Positions 1 through 13,454 of a stretch of DNA of 64,000 nt are shown here, in pieces; position 1 is the stretch's first letter, and each line of letters starts with the position of its first letter. Source of the DNA: Amoebophrya sp. A120 (Eukaryota; Protista; Dinoflagellata); the NCBI GenBank assembly GCA_905178155.1, contig CAJINV010000002.1, positions 9,311,412 to 9,375,411 of the forward strand, read 5' to 3'. The translations under genes were made by a program, and so were the position numbers. Below the pieces are notes generated by a model. The model made no database searches. It was not told the origin of the DNA and was given only the letters and a program-made list of their open reading frames with translations.

Positions 1-388
1 TACAGGAGCCTGGAACAGGGTTCAGGTGGACAAAGTTCGAGTTATGGAGTGGATTTCACTTTGTATGAACGGAATCTTCGTGAAACGGTGCGACGAGCAC
101 AGCAACCATAAATAAAAGACAAACGATCGAGTTGCATCAACATTCTATCAGGCAGCCTAATGAGGATCTGTTTACTTTGGTGACAGCAGAGACGAGTTTA
201 TAATGATGTTTAGCCACGTACAGTTATTGTCAAGCTCGCGCTCCTCCTCATTTTTGCTATGGCTGTGATCGCAAAGTCTTTTCATCCATGGCTCCATTTT
301 GCAAACTCTTCTTGCGCTCTCCGTTTCGCATCCGAGGAATCTGAGGTTCTTTACCTGCAAAGTGCACAATATTATTCTGTGACAAACA

Positions 389-1567
389 ATGACCTTGGCT
401 GCCCCGTCTAACTTCCCCAACACAAGATTCCAGGTGATTCGAGACGACGAATGGCAGAAGTTCAAACACAAACTCCAACTCCACTTGACGAAAGAGCAAA
501 ATCCCTCTCTGTTTGCGCAGTTGGAAAACCTAGAACTCCAATTCCAAGCGGAGCCGGTGGTCGACCCGAAAGACGCAGACAATGTGAAAATAGAGTTGAA
601 ATTCGTCGGCGGCGGAAGAGGAACCGCGAGTCCGCTGCAAGGAGCAGATGAAGTGCTGTGCAGCACGGTAACGCCAGCCGTCAACTGTGCGGAACCGGGC
701 GTCGCTCCACGCTGTCGTCCTATCAGAATATGGGGAGCTCCTGCAGAAATCGTGACTAGAAGAAGAAGCGACTACACAGTTGAGGATGCAGGTCCACCAG
801 CGTTTACGAGGTACGGCGAAGATGAGGAAGGTTGCTCATACTGTGCCGAGTTCGACGAGCAACAAAAGCAGAACAACGGCAGAGAGGACTACAACTCCCC
901 GTCGCTCGTGTTTTCGAGCGACTATGTGGACCAGCGCTGTTCAGGGATGAGCTCTGATGTCGATATGGACGGAACCAGTCGCATTTTTGACGAATACAAC
1001 AATAGCAGTACCTTTGACGGTCTCGCGGCCCAGCTGGACCCGGACGAAACGTTCGCGGACGACGTGCCTGCGTTCTGCGCGCGATGCGGATCCGCTTTTT
1101 TCATCGACCGGCTATCTTGCATGTGCTACGGCTGGGCAACAAAGTATTCATTGTCTTGTTTTAATTTTTTTGCTTTCTTACGCGACCATGAACATTTTTT
1201 ACCCGTGTGTAAGTTAGTACATCCAAGTCGTGATCGTTGCACGAAGTGCTACTGCAAGCTGGTTCTTCTTACTCTGATGCCTACAGTTTCAATTCTATCC
1301 AGGATCGAAAACCACGACACAGGCGGCCCTGTCGGTGTAGCAGGACATGCAGGAATTGCAAATAAAAGGCCACCACCAGCACAAGGACGCAGAGATCTCC
1401 GCTGCGGGCTTACGACAACAGGTGATTTGGACGGTAGTACGGAAGCAGGAGACAATGACTCCTACAAAGACGACGCTTTGGAGCCCACATTTGGACGGAC
1501 CGAGATCTCCTTTCAGCGTCAGCGGCGACGGGATTACGATCGGTGTATCACCATTACATCGGAGTAA
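389..1567 (+). CDS. Hypothetical protein (392 aa) with Cys-rich CxxC motifs
   Basis: Uninterrupted ATG-to-TAA ORF of 392 codons; acidic central part; CARC, CSYC and CTKC motifs; no recognisable family. Confidence 0.5.
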   Translation: MTLAAPSNFPNTRFQVIRDDEWQKFKHKLQLHLTKEQNPSLFAQLENLELQFQAEPVVDPKDADNVKIELKFVGGGRGTASPLQGADEVLCSTVTPAVNCAEPGVAPRCRPIRIWGAPAEIVTRRRSDYTVEDAGPPAFTRYGEDEEGCSYCAEFDEQQKQNNGREDYNSPSLVFSSDYVDQRCSGMSSDVDMDGTSRIFDEYNNSSTFDGLAAQLDPDETFADDVPAFCARCGSAFFIDRLSCMCYGWATKYSLSCFNFFAFLRDHEHFLPVCKLVHPSRDRCTKCYCKLVLLTLMPTVSILSRIENHDTGGPVGVAGHAGIANKRPPPAQGRRDLRCGLTTTGDLDGSTEAGDNDSYKDDALEPTFGRTEISFQRQRRRDYDRCITITSE

Positions 1568-2311
1568 ATTAAAAACAAGAGGCAGAAGATCTCATCTTGA
1601 TTTTCTATTTCCATGACTGCGCCAGAAATGCAGCACGTGCACGAGAATACAAAGGCACACTTTTTCAAACAGTTCTTGCAGTAGGTAGAAGAAGCAGTAG
1701 AAGTACATGAGTGCTTACTGGTATGACTCTGCGATTTCTCTGTTAGTACTAGTAGTTCCAAATCAAATTTGACGCAATAAAAACAAAGACTCTGCAACTG
1801 TCGATGCTTTTCTTTCGAGTGGTCTGACTTTTCTATGTCGATAAGAATTTTGTCATATACATATATTATAGTTTTTTGTACAATTAGCGACTTTGAAAAT
1901 CCGTTTCGTTCTGCCTTTCCGAGTGGCCCGCCTTTCAAATCTGTCACCTCAACCGACCTCTATGTCATTGTAAAAAAAGCTTCTTGAAAACAAGGATGAG
2001 GAATCACTTTGCTGTGGCGTCGCGGCCGTCATATGATGCCGCAACACACATAGCGACAGTATCACAGTCTAAGACGATGCACGAGTAAAGGATTTCAATT
2101 GATGCTTTAAACAAGCGTAAAGATAAAGAGAATACACAACGCCGTGGCGTTCGGACTCCAAGTTCGAGCTAAAAAACAAGATGACCATCCTTGTTTTGTT
2201 CTGGTGATGCCCCCGCCTCTAGTATATGTGGGACATGGTTTGTACTTACGTTTGGAGAAAAGAGCGCGGCAGATTGAGCCTGTTCGCGCTTCTAGTGCTT
2301 CGGCGAGCAAG

Positions 2312-3676
2312 CTAGTGCAGCAGGCCGCCGCCCATTGATTGGCCGCGCCGGCTGCTTTTTGCGAGGCCGCTGCGCGCTGGCGTGCCGGAGCCAGTGGCGC
2401 CGCCCGGCAAGAGGGCAGCCTGGGGCCCCGCGGTGTGACTTCGGAGGCTGCGCCGCCTCGCGGTTGCGGGGGACCTTGTCCAGAAGGTTGCCGCGAAATA
2501 ATTGCAGGCCTGGAGCCAGGCGCGGCCGCAGGTCTTCGCGCGGGGGCCGCTGCGGGCAGGCTTTGGCCGCTTAGCCATTGGCCTGGGCCTGTGGCCGCGG
2601 CATTTGCGGGAAACGCCGACGGGGCTCGCGAGGCCGTGCGTGGGCTTTCGCCGCGCCGCAGGATTTTGCGGAGCGGCAGAGCGGTGGGCCCGCTGGTGGG
2701 CTGGCGCGCTGAGGCCACCATCGAAGTCAGCGCAACCGCGAAGAACTTCGGCAATAGTGGGGCGCATGGGCCTCGGGCATTTTTCTCCCCGGCGCCATGC
2801 GGGAAGGCAGCGCATTCGGGAACTGGCTCGACGCAAGAATAGACAGCATCCCAGAGGGGGCAACGCCGCACCCGCACGCGCGAGAGGCTTTGCCAGAATT
2901 CCCAGGAGTCTGCATCCCGCCCCAAGCAAAGGCGGGGGACGGGGTTGGTTGCTCTTTTCCGCCATCCGACCGGCGAAAGTATTGCCGGCCGGCTACTGTG
3001 CCAAGACTTGGGGCGACCTTTGTCGGGCTTCTCGGTCGGCTTCCAGGTCGGCCACATGTTTGGCGTGGCCATCCAAGGAGGGGCCGGCCATTGTTTCAGC
3101 TGCGCGCGCCCGCCCCCCACCGTGCGTGGCCCCCCGCTCGATTATTGCGCCCCGGCCGCAGTCAGAGACCCGCGGGCGCGCCCGCGTTTGGGGCCTGCCG
3201 CCGCAGCCGAGCGACCCAGCGGCGACGCCTTCCCTGGCGTAGCAGATGGGATCAATTGTGGCGAGCCAACGAACCGGCCCCATCCCACTCTGGCGCCCGT
3301 GGTGGTGCTGGGTCCTTTTCTCTGCCGCGCTGGTGGCCGGCGCTCGCATCGTCCGCGGAGTCGAGTGTGCTTCCGCGCCGGTCCCGCCTGCGCCGGCCGC
3401 CCTGCCGTGCCTATGTCTGGCCGCCGTGCCGTTTCTGGCGCTGGGACCGGCCGCCGGGGCCTGCTTGAAGGGAGGCGGGCCGCCCCTGCGTTTTTCCGTA
3501 GCGTGAGCGCCGCGGGGGGGAGGGGCCCGTCGCGGGCCGAGCCTGTTTGCTGCAAGCGGCGCCGCTCAAGACTACAGAGGCGTAGGCGACTGCGCGCGGC
3601 TGGGCAATTGTCGCCCAACGGCCTTCGCAGTTGCCTGCGGCCTGGTCGGTCCGGGCCGCCGCGGACTTTTAGTGCA
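2312..3676. mobile_element. GC-rich island, probable decayed transposable element
   Basis: Abrupt rise in GC and CpG content; many overlapping Ala/Arg/Gly/Pro-rich junk ORFs in all frames; bounded by TAGTGCA at 2313-2319 and 3670-3676. Confidence 0.35.
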
Positions 3677-4399
3677 TGACAGTCTCAGGGCGCGGCCAAA
3701 GTCAGGTATGATTGTTGATCTCGTCCGTTGGCATCATCATGTGAACAGTATGTATGGGAAAATGCCCGAGCGTTTGAACGTTTTTGCCCTGTCGTTCGAG
3801 TTGGACTTGGGGCTGTTGGCGAAGAGACGGAAAACAAAATGAGCGACAGCTTCGAGCTGGGCTGGTGCTTGCGCGACCGCGGTGTGAAAGACCGGAACTG
3901 GATCCGAACAGCGCGCTGTTTGAACTTAAAGCTGAAGCTTCACAAAGCAACGCCGAAGAAGACCAACGCACTCATTGTGGACCCTTCTACTTAGAACTGC
4001 AGTCGTTATCGTTTCTTTGCACGACGGCCCAGTAGTCGAGTAGCGACGAAGGTCTTGTTGTGTAATAGCAGGTAGAAAGAGAAACAGATTCCTGAGTCTA
4101 GTATAATCAACTTCCAGCAGTGCCACCGCGCAGGAATTTTCAAGCTTCGTCGAGTGTATCAGTATCTTTCATTGACGGCAGATGCGGAACGCGGGCGCGT
4201 GCTTTAGTTCATCAGCAAGAGGAGCAACTGAAGCGCGCGTGTCGAAGCGAAGATGTCGTTTTTTATCAGTGTGAGGATCGCATCGCTCCTATCCCTCTTA
4301 CTACTTCAATTTCAGTGCCGATTGGGCTCTAATATTCTTATTGCATGCGCCGGCCGTGTGCGTACCCTGGTGAAAAAGAAGAAGAACAAAACAGCCAAG

Positions 4400-6656
4400 A
4401 TGTCCGCTACCAACCAGAACACCGGAGCCCCAACAGCTTCCAGCAGCACGCCGACCTCCGCGGCATCCTCTTCTCTCCTATCCACCTCTGCTCTCGAGTG
4501 GCGCGGCCGCCTTCCGCCGTTCCAAGCCCAACTGCTTTCTCGGGCGCTCATCGAGGCCTTCAGGGACCAGCCGCTACCGCTCGCCGCGGACTCTCCGACG
4601 ACCTTGTTGACAGCGAATTCCTCTAGCAGCCCGCTGGCTACCGCCTTTTCCACGCCTCTCCCGACCCCGTCCAACGCGGTGAGGAGAGTCGAGGCGAAAT
4701 TGGGCCACATTCTGTTTTCCTCGATTGAAGAGCTGTGTGATAAGTACTTGAACACATTTGTCACGATCGTGCGGGGGGAAAATGACGTCGAGAAAGAGTC
4801 GAAGTTTAACCAGGAGCTGCGACGGTACGGCGAGCAGCCGGTTTGCGAGAAAAAATTGCGGAAATTGTACGATTTGCTCTTCTACCATAGGTTAACGAGA
4901 CGGTTCTTCCCGGGGTACAGGGTGAGACGGGACAGTGGTAGTATTGGTGATGTTGAGCAACAAACTGAACAAAATGGTGCTGTCAAAGCTGCTCGGCGTG
5001 CGGAAACACCAGAAAGCACACAGCTGCAAACAGCACCAGCAAGTACAGGAGCCTTGATGTTGCCGCCCCCGGCGAACAAACACCGTGGCCCCTTGAGCAG
5101 TAGCGGGTGCTCATCCTCCTCAAGTCTCGGCACGGGAACATCGGCTGCAGGTGAGCAAGAGGATGCTGGACCGGACGGGGTTACAACAGCACCGGCAACC
5201 CGGAGTGCAGCGCAGCAGCTGAGCGAAACAGAGAAAATGACTGATGGACCTCTCACAAGAACAGCGTCAGCATCCAAGCAAAACATCGATCACCTCCCTG
5301 CTCTCCCCATTCTTTTCACCGCCCCGCATTCCATCCCGCTCCAGCGCGACGGCGAGAAAATGCACCACCCCGAAAACTGGACCAGCTCCCTATCAAAAGG
5401 AAAAATCCCCCCTCCCCATATCGAAACGAAGTTTCTGATGCTGGACTTCCGTACACAAATCCGATTTGTCTTGCAGTAGAGGACTGCAAGCATATGTCAA
5501 GCCTCAGTCGAGAGGTTTTGACGTAGGCGCCTAGCATGGCAAACGTGTATGCTCTAAGCCCACCAACATCACAAACCGCCTGCAAAATGCGGAACGCTTT
5601 CTGGACTTGCCTTCTTGCAAGACAGACAGGATTTGAGGTCACAAATGCGCATCACAAATTTTTAGACGGATACGTTTTCGTTATGGGGAGGGGGATTTTT
5701 CCTTACGATACTCCCTCGCAAACTCGCTGGCGCAGACCTGCCTCGGGGCGAGTTTGGCGTGGTCGAACACAGAGCAGAAGAGGATCAAAGCGCTTTCGGT
5801 CCCGACGGATCCGTCCTTGCGGGATCCAAATTACCTGCATCTGGACGAGTTGGAGGGGAACTACTGGTACCTGGGGATCAAGGACATGTTGGAAGACATG
5901 AAGAAGGTGGAACAGGAACAAACGGCGAAGGCGAAAGACACCGAGGATCTTCCCGGCGGAGGTGCCAGCTCAAGAACAATCCCGGAGGTGCCCTTCACGC
6001 TCCACGTCGACGTGCATGGGTGCATGAACCCGAACAAGCCGCCGCACTACTACACAAAGGAAGTCTTCTTCGGGTTCGGTGCGATGGAACTACCGGACGA
6101 GAAGGAGATCTCGCACCATCGGAGTAAAGCGTACCAAGAAACGAAGGAAATTCTCGCGGAGCAGTTTCGGAAAATCTTGAAACGACGGCTAGACGTCGTC
6201 TTCCAAACCTTCTACGCCCCCGGGTCGATTATCGAAGACCGGCCGACGGTTCGGTTAACGGGCAAGGCAAAGGAGGAAAACCGGTTTACGTTGACGCAGC
6301 AGAGCCAAAGAATCGGCTTCGACGTTTCCGTGCAGCTGGAATTGTCGCACGGATTGCGGAAGCAGTTGAGCACGGATCTAGACTTCAAGCGGGAATTCTG
6401 CTTTGTGTTCCGTAAAAGCTACACGGAAATGGCGGAGAAAATGTTTGGCGCAGGTGCGGTTACTGAGGAAAAAGAACGATCTAGTAAAGGAGCTTGTTCT
6501 ACGTCAGGAGCTGCAACATCTAGTTGCCAGTCGAACTCCTGCTCGAACATATCTAACCTTAAATATCAGTACGTGACTGACAGGGAAACCACCGGCACGA
6601 TTGCATCTACACGGTCCTGCACCACAACCGAATCCTGCTCGAGTTCCAATTTGTAA
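4400..6656 (+). CDS. Zn-dependent hydrolase-like protein (N-formylglutamate amidohydrolase / poly-gamma-glutamate hydrolase-like fold), 643 aa
   Basis: Exons 4400-5390 and 5716-6656 join in frame (ENWTSS-LANSLAQ) after introner removal. Motifs ILFTAPHS..HHPE.WT..LA, LHVDVHG and VQLELS..LR. Confidence 0.55.
5391..5710. mobile_element. Introner family B (non-canonical intron)
   Basis: TIR TATCAAAAGGAAAAATCCCCCCTCCCCATA...TATGGGGAGGGGGATTTTTCCTTACGATA; DR CTCCC at 5386-5390 and 5711-5715. Confidence 0.95.
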
Positions 6657-7314
6657 AAAAGGAGTTGGAGTTGAGTTTGAAGGGATGCACGAGGACTCGC
6701 AATGAACTCAACGCAAGCTGATGTTGCGCTCTCACTAGTAGCCACTGACTGTACATAGCCTTTGTAAGATAGATTTTATGCGGAAAAACATCATGCTATT
6801 CTGTGAATACAGTTTTTCAATGGCGCCGCAGCGCGAGTTGAAGATGCTGCTATGCCACCACATGGGAACAGTGTCAGCAAACAAAACTAACTATCGCAAG
6901 TATGCGATGTTTAAGGTTTCAAGGCGCTGCGCAAGCCTGGACGTCAAGCTTGGAACTCGAGAAAGCCTCAACACCGTCGAGCAGTTGTGTATCATGTCTG
7001 TTCCTGTAGTTTGTGCCATACGAGGAGCACTGGCTTGAAATAAGATGATACGAGAGGTGCAAGGGCGAGTCCCCTCTACTTTGAGAGCGAGAGCAGCACG
7101 CGCTTCCATTTACATCCAGCTTGCCCGCTTCTGCCACACAGCCAACGTGGTAAAGGGAAGAAGTGACGACGAGACAAGCGCGTTTCAGCCGCCGAGCGCT
7201 TTCCTGCTGGGTCGTTTCTTGTTCCATTGAGCACTGCTTCTGTATGTGAAGCGGTTATTGAAGTTAACGTTGTGAAGGAGTTTGCGAGAGAAACCGTAAC
7301 CGAAACGAAGAAAA

Positions 7315-8558
7315 ATGGGCTGTTGTCATTCGATCCACGGTGATGAGGTGGCCATCGTGGAAACCTTTGGGAAATACGCTTACTCCCAAGGACCCGGACT
7401 CATGATCTTGCCTTGCCCGTGCGTGCAGGTCAACGCCGGAACAATTTCCACACGCATTCGCCAGCTCTCCGTGCCGGTGAGATGTTTGATTTTAACAAAT
7501 TCCAGTTTGCCGTACCCGTATCTGTATGTATGAGCATCAGTGAAAGACGAAAGTCAAAGTTGCCGTTTCTGTCTTGGCGTAAAATGTTGCTGAAGAAAAA
7601 ACAAATATCAGGTGGAGACCAAGACGAAGGACAATGTCTTTGTGGATGCCAGGCTGGAAATCCAGTATGTGGCCGACCAAAGCAAGGTCTACGAAGCGTT
7701 CTACAGGTTAGCTTCCCCGGAGCAACAGCTTAACAGCTACGTTTTTGACGTGGTGAGATCAGCCGTGCCAAAGCACACGTTGGACGATTTGTACCTACAT
7801 GCAGCAAAGGACGCCATCGCGGACGAAGTGCGGAAGAATTTGACGGTACTCCTACAACCTGAATGTATCAGCATGCAAAAAATGGTTGGTCTTGATGTTG
7901 AGTTGTTCTGCAGTATGTTTATTTGCAGCAGGAGCTCTCCTCGTCAAAATAAACCCACATCAAGAATCAAACAACCTCAGAACACAATGCGAGAATTCGG
8001 GTACATTATTGTGAAGACGCTAGTTACCGACATCACCCCGGCCCAAAAAGTTCGCGTCGCAATGAATGATATCGAGACAAGTAAGCGAAACCGGCAAGCC
8101 GCAACAGAAAAGGCAGATGCGGATAAGATGATGATAGTGAAGAGGGCCGAGGCGGACGCCGTGTCAAAATACCATCAGGGAGCAGGTGGGATAATTCAGA
8201 TTTCTTTTTGATTGACGACGGCGGTAATATGCATCCTGACGCAACATAAGCGTGTTTTGTTTTGCGGTGTGTTGTGGATGAACAAAAATATTTTCATTCA
8301 GGTATCGCCCGACAGCGAAAGGCGATCATCGACGGGATGCAAAACTCGGTCGGGACCTTCACGGAGGCCATCGAAGGCATGAGGAGTCGGGACGTCCTGG
8401 AATTGGTTTTGATTACACAGTACTTTGACACGCTGAAAGAAATCGGATCAAGTGCCGGGTCCAAAACAATATTCGTCAACTCGTCTGCCGGTAGCGTGCA
8501 GGGCATCGCTAGCGAAATTAGGAACGCTTTCCTACAGTCCACGGCAGCGAAGAAGTGA
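7315..8558 (+). CDS. SPFH/band-7 protein, hypersensitive-induced-response (HIR)-like, 285 aa
   Basis: Exons 7315-7476, 7612-7845, 7981-8185 and 8302-8558 with three GT-AG introns. Motifs MGCC, ETKTKDNVFV, YVFDVVRSAVP, GIARQRKAIIDG and TQYFDTLKEIG. Confidence 0.93.
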
Positions 8559-9174
8559 ACTGTGCTTTCTTGCGACGGAATCGAGTGAATAGGGTTTTAT
8601 TGAAAGTCAGTTTAGAAAATATTTTTTCGACTCTGAGTCACTCATGTTTGCTGGTTGCCGATTCTGGGCGACCTCTGAAACTGAAACAAAAGCAGTGCAT
8701 TTTCTTTATAGAATGCTACTGCAGAGCAGCTCAGGCTCGTCTCACAAGATTTTTTTGCCGCATACGAGTCTACTTCGATTTTCTCCTTCGACAAGATTCC
8801 TTGTCCGCGCGTGTTCAGGTTCGTGGCCTACTTCCTTGTCGGACAAAAGAGCTGATGATGCGTTCCTCATCCTCCGGTCCGAGATGTACAAAAATCCGCA
8901 TCCGTGCTGATGTCTGAAGGCAAAAACAGGCAAAAAAAATTGTGGGGCTACAACTACAAGCAAAAAAACTTGCGAAGTGCTACCTATTAATTTCTCGTTT
9001 TTGTTTCACTATGGCCGCACTGTAAGATTCTTCTTTCAAATTTAGTGTACTAGCTAGTCAGTTTTTCAACTTCTACATCTTCATAGAGGATCACGAAAAT
9101 CTGGCTTATTTCGGAGCAGTATCAGTTTAGTCTATTTATCGCTTGTATTGTCTCTGTTTATCACCCACCTCACC

Positions 9175-12100
9175 ATGCCTCCACGGCGCGCGTCCCCGGT
9201 CCAGAGTCCGGCACGTAGCCCGGTCCGGAGAACTCCTGCCGTATCAAATGTAAAAATGTCTGGGTCTGGAAGTGTGCAAGTTTGTCATGCTTGTCTGGCA
9301 TGACTCTTAAGTCTGTCATGCACATTACCAAAGAGCCCCACTTTTCTGTCATGCAGAAACGTAGTTTGTCATGCAGAATAGGCAACACCTAGAGTAGAAG
9401 CTCAGAAACTTGTCATGCTGAGCCAGCAGTTGTGGCCTCCTCATGATACGCCACACAGCATCACAAGTTTCCAGACCCAGACACTTTTACATTTGATATG
9501 CCGGTCGGAAGGCCAACAGATCCAAGTCGCCCACCCCGGCGCCGAGTAAGAGGGGAAGCAAAGACAACGCTGCGTCCGCCGCCCGGAGTGCAAAGAGGCA
9601 AAGGAAGGTGACTTTCGACGAAGGTGAAGAAGTGGATGCACAAGCGGATGTGCCGGCCTCCTCTTGTAAAGGGAGAAATACATCCGCAAATAAGCGTGAT
9701 AAGGAAAAGGACAACCCGACTTCGGCTTCACCGGTGCATCTGGACGATATCAGCGGTGACAAGCGATTGAGCAAAAGTAGCGCTGGGAAAAACAGCAAGA
9801 AAGAGTCGCCAGTCTTTGGAGGTGACAGGAAACAAGTGCATGCAAGTCCACCGCCGTCAGCGTCGCCCTTGAGGTTGATGCCCGTGATAAAAGGCGATAG
9901 TTCGTACGCGGCGGATCATGCTTTGGGCGGTATGAAAATGCAGTCTGTGTTCGATCTGGACGAAGAGGACGATGTTGGCGCTGGAGGACCGGCTGGAAAG
10001 AAAGCCGCCACCTCTTCATCCAAAGACCCGTTTGCGAGTTTCGAAGATGCTGTGGAGAACGTGGCGAAACCCTTGAAGATGAATCGTGCAATAGCATCAG
10101 CAAGCTCCCAACCAGCAACAAGCAGCTCCAGTACGAACAACCATGCAAAGCCACTGAACAAACCTTCTTCATCGCAGCAACTACAGCGGCAAGACTCGAC
10201 TTTGGGTGGCGCGAAAACGAACGCCTTCAATTTGTCCTCTTTGAAAACCCCGGATGGGCAGCGACGGCGACAGGATCTGGACCGAACCGAAAATAGGAAC
10301 AGGGCCGTTGAGAAAACAGAGAACACGATGGAGAAAGTTATGAAGATTTTGCTAGGGGAACAAGAAGGAACACCAGGAGCGTGGTCATCTTCACTGTGTA
10401 GTACAACTCTTGACCAAAACAGCCGACCGATTTTCTCGTCCACCGCTGCGAGAAGCCGCGGCAAGCGAGTGTTCGACCACGAGGAGGTGTCGACTATGAT
10501 AAAGGAAGCGTTGCAAGTGGGTTTTGCTGTGGTCACAGATCCGCATGGAAGCTCAGAGCCCGGAACAAGCGAAAGAAGAAAAACGACTAGTAGAAAAAGA
10601 ACAGCACGAAGACCAGCAGGGCTGAACTACCGCGTCTTGGAGCGCGAGACTGAGGTCGCGCAACTAAACGACTGGTATTCGCTACAAGACCGTGCGCTGG
10701 CGACAACACCGCTCTTCATCCGGGGAGGGCAGCAGCAAGGGAAAACGAAATTTGTCTGCGACTTTTTCAAGACTGTGAGGAAAGTCTACAAGGCAGAAGT
10801 AGTGGGTGGAGATCTTCAAAATAGTAGCGCAACATCTTCGAAGCCGCAACAAAAGCCTTCTTTCAAACTGGAAGTGTTGCACGTTGTGAAGCCGATGATA
10901 CCTCTTTTGTGTCCGGCTTTTGCGTCTTCGTCGGCTCCTGTGGGCGTAGTTTCTGACTTTGCAAGCGAAGAAGCCCACACTTCATCTGTTCCGCTAAAAC
11001 AAAGCTTCCAGCCGCTTTCCTTTGCGGAACTTCACAAACGCGCTCTGAGGAAAACGACCCCCGGCGAGATCGAAATAGCCGCCATTGGACACGAGATCGA
11101 GCGAGTGCTTCAGAAGGAAGAAAGATTGGAGGAAGAGACCATTTTCTTCTCCGCAACAGGTGGTCGCTCAGCCGCTAGTGCAGCTAACAACGCTACCGAG
11201 GCCGGCAGGCTGTCCCAGATGCTACTGAATGACAAGCAGCCCATCGCAGGAGCAGTAGAGAATAGCACGTCAGCTGCAAAAACTTTGCAAGGGGCGCCTT
11301 CCACGACCGCGGCAACACCTTTCCAACAGCTCCCACCTATGAACGCCAACCGGATTTTCGAGATGCTGCGGGTCGCCTCGAAGAAGGCCGCAAAAACGTT
11401 CGGCAGCTGGCTCGAGCACCCGATGGTGCTGATTTTGGATGACTTGCTGGAATCCCCGACAAAGATATCGAACAGGTCAGCGAGCAACGCCTTGACGGCA
11501 AACTCGCGCGGCTTCGAGACCGAAAGCGAGCAAGCTGCGAAGATTTATGGCGTTCTCAAATGTTACATTCTCAACTGTTACATGATTTGTCATGCAAAAT
11601 TGCAATCAGAATCGACGCAATCAAGCTGCTTCGCATGACAAATTCCCGACGAGCCCAACAGGCTGAGAATCTTTGCCAAATCTGTCATGCAAGAAGCGCA
11701 AGGTCTCCTATTTCACTGTTGCACTTGTTGCATCACAAATCCATGTAACAGTTGAGGATGTAACAGTTGAGAACGCCATAAGATTCTCACCGAGTTCGTG
11801 TCCGAATTAGTCAAGCAGTACGGCAACATCGTCCGTGTGATCTGGATCAACCCCCCGAGCTGTGCACTGAATTGTTCGCAATCCACGCTTCCGATCTTCG
11901 CAGACACTATTACGTTAAAGAACTTCACCCTCGAACACTTGGTTGCCATGTTCAGTCGGGAAGTCTTGGCATCCGGGATTCTGGAAGAACTGCAAGCTAT
12001 GTTGAAGAACAAGACCAGTAGCAATTGCAATTCAAACTCGAAGGCAAATCCAAGCGCCATCAGCAGTGTAGCGACTACACAGATGAGCTCCTCTGCTGCG

Positions 12101-13115
12101 TCAATTCCGGAAACAGGAAAAGCGGTCGTGAAACAATTCCTGCACGTGCTGAATGTGAAAAACGAGCTCTTCGATCACCAGCTCCAATGCCAACTGTTAA
12201 CCAACAAGTTTCTCGCGAACTGCATGGAGGCATTTCGCTGCTATTGCTTCGACTACCAGGCGCAGCTGAAGCAGACCAAAGAAACCGCTCTGGAATGGCA
12301 GTGCTTGGTGAATTACGTGCTGAAGAAGCGGTATTGGTTTTATTGGTTTTGTGCTTAGATTACGACGTTTTTTTAGAATGGCGCTCTTCGCTTCTTGCAC
12401 TTTTTCCAAACGAGAGGTTCCAAGCATAATCTGAAAAAAAAAATAACCACGTGATAATTCGACATCGAAAAACAGTGCTCCCCTGCCCCGTCCGCGCGCG
12501 GATTTACAACTTCGTCACATCAATGGAACTGTCGCAACGACGGCGAAAGAGTTGGACGGAGCCAGAGCTTCTTCTGACATGACGGGTTCTTTCTCTCCCT
12601 GCGTAAATCTGGCCATCGTGGCTGCGTTCCTTGCGCAATACAATCCCAAGGATGCGGACCGGGTGTTACTCATGGGGGATTGCAACGACAAGTGGAGCAA
12701 CAAGAAAATCCCGAACAAGGCCTTCCAAGATTGCGGGCTTTTTCTCGGAAAACTCCGAGCTCCGGTGGAGGAACGACAAGGGAAAAGCAACAGCGTGATG
12801 CGTGTGCGGGCGGTTTTCGAGATTTTACAGGACAAATTCTTCCCCAGGTTGAAGTGCGTCGAAGGGCAGAGTTTGTTCACCGCGGGTTGCTCCGGAGTAG
12901 ACATTGCAGGAGGAAATGGGGTCGGACATGGTCAGGGACAGACTTTTTGGTTTGACGCCCTGAACTGTTTGACGAGGGAACTGAAACTGTGGAGTGTCAA
13001 TCCGGTGACGCAGTTGGTTACGAGCCATCTGCAGGAGGAGGATGTTTACAAAGCACTGGAGAAGTTGGGGCAGGATCCTGCAAAATTTTTGCAAGACTAC
13101 CTCCTGCAATCATAG
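9175..13115 (+). CDS. ORC5: Origin recognition complex subunit 5-like protein, about 1,097 aa, with low-complexity expansions
   Basis: Exons 9175-9241, 9504-11545, 11786-12330 and 12476-13115 (two introners plus one probable GT-AG intron). RETEVAQL...LFIRGGQQQGKT is Walker A-like; VLILDD is Walker B-like; IVAAFLAQYNPKDAD resembles the ORC5 C-terminal AAYLASYNP..D motif. Confidence 0.7.
9242..9498. mobile_element. Introner family A
   Basis: TIR TATCAAATGTAAAAATGTCTGGGTCTGGAA...TTCCAGACCCAGACACTTTTACATTTGATA; DR TGCCG; removal restores the frame (TPA-GRK). Confidence 0.95.
11546..11780. mobile_element. Introner family F (single copy in window)
   Basis: 39-bp TIR TATGGCGTTCTCAAATGTTACATTCTCAACTGTTACATG (2 mismatches); DR AGATT; removal gives AAKI-LTEFVSEL. 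Confidence 0.93.
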
Positions 13116-13454
13116 ATCAGAATACACAACTAAGTAGATTTTTGTTCTGGGGATCGACATGGTTCACGGTGAGGAGGAGGACGTTGAGGTCGACGAACGT
13201 GAGTATTTGTGTTGCAAGTGACAGTGAAAGAACCTGTCCAAATCTCTACGAAACCAAAGTCTTCGCATGGTTTGAAAAAAAAAACCGTTGTCGCGCACCA
13301 AAAGACAAAAGGAAGAGGAATTTGACCAGGGGCTGCAGTTTGTTCGAAACACGATTTGTATTATTCGAGTTTTGCCTTTCCTCTGTTCCGGTTGAGAACC
13401 TTGCCGTGAGCCGCCGGCGTCTTGAGATGAATTCCTGTGCTTCATCCTCGGAGT

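Noticed and set aside
2107-3679. Long overlapping ORFs in the GC-rich block
   Set aside because: Stop-codon scarcity follows from the high GC content; no domain motifs.
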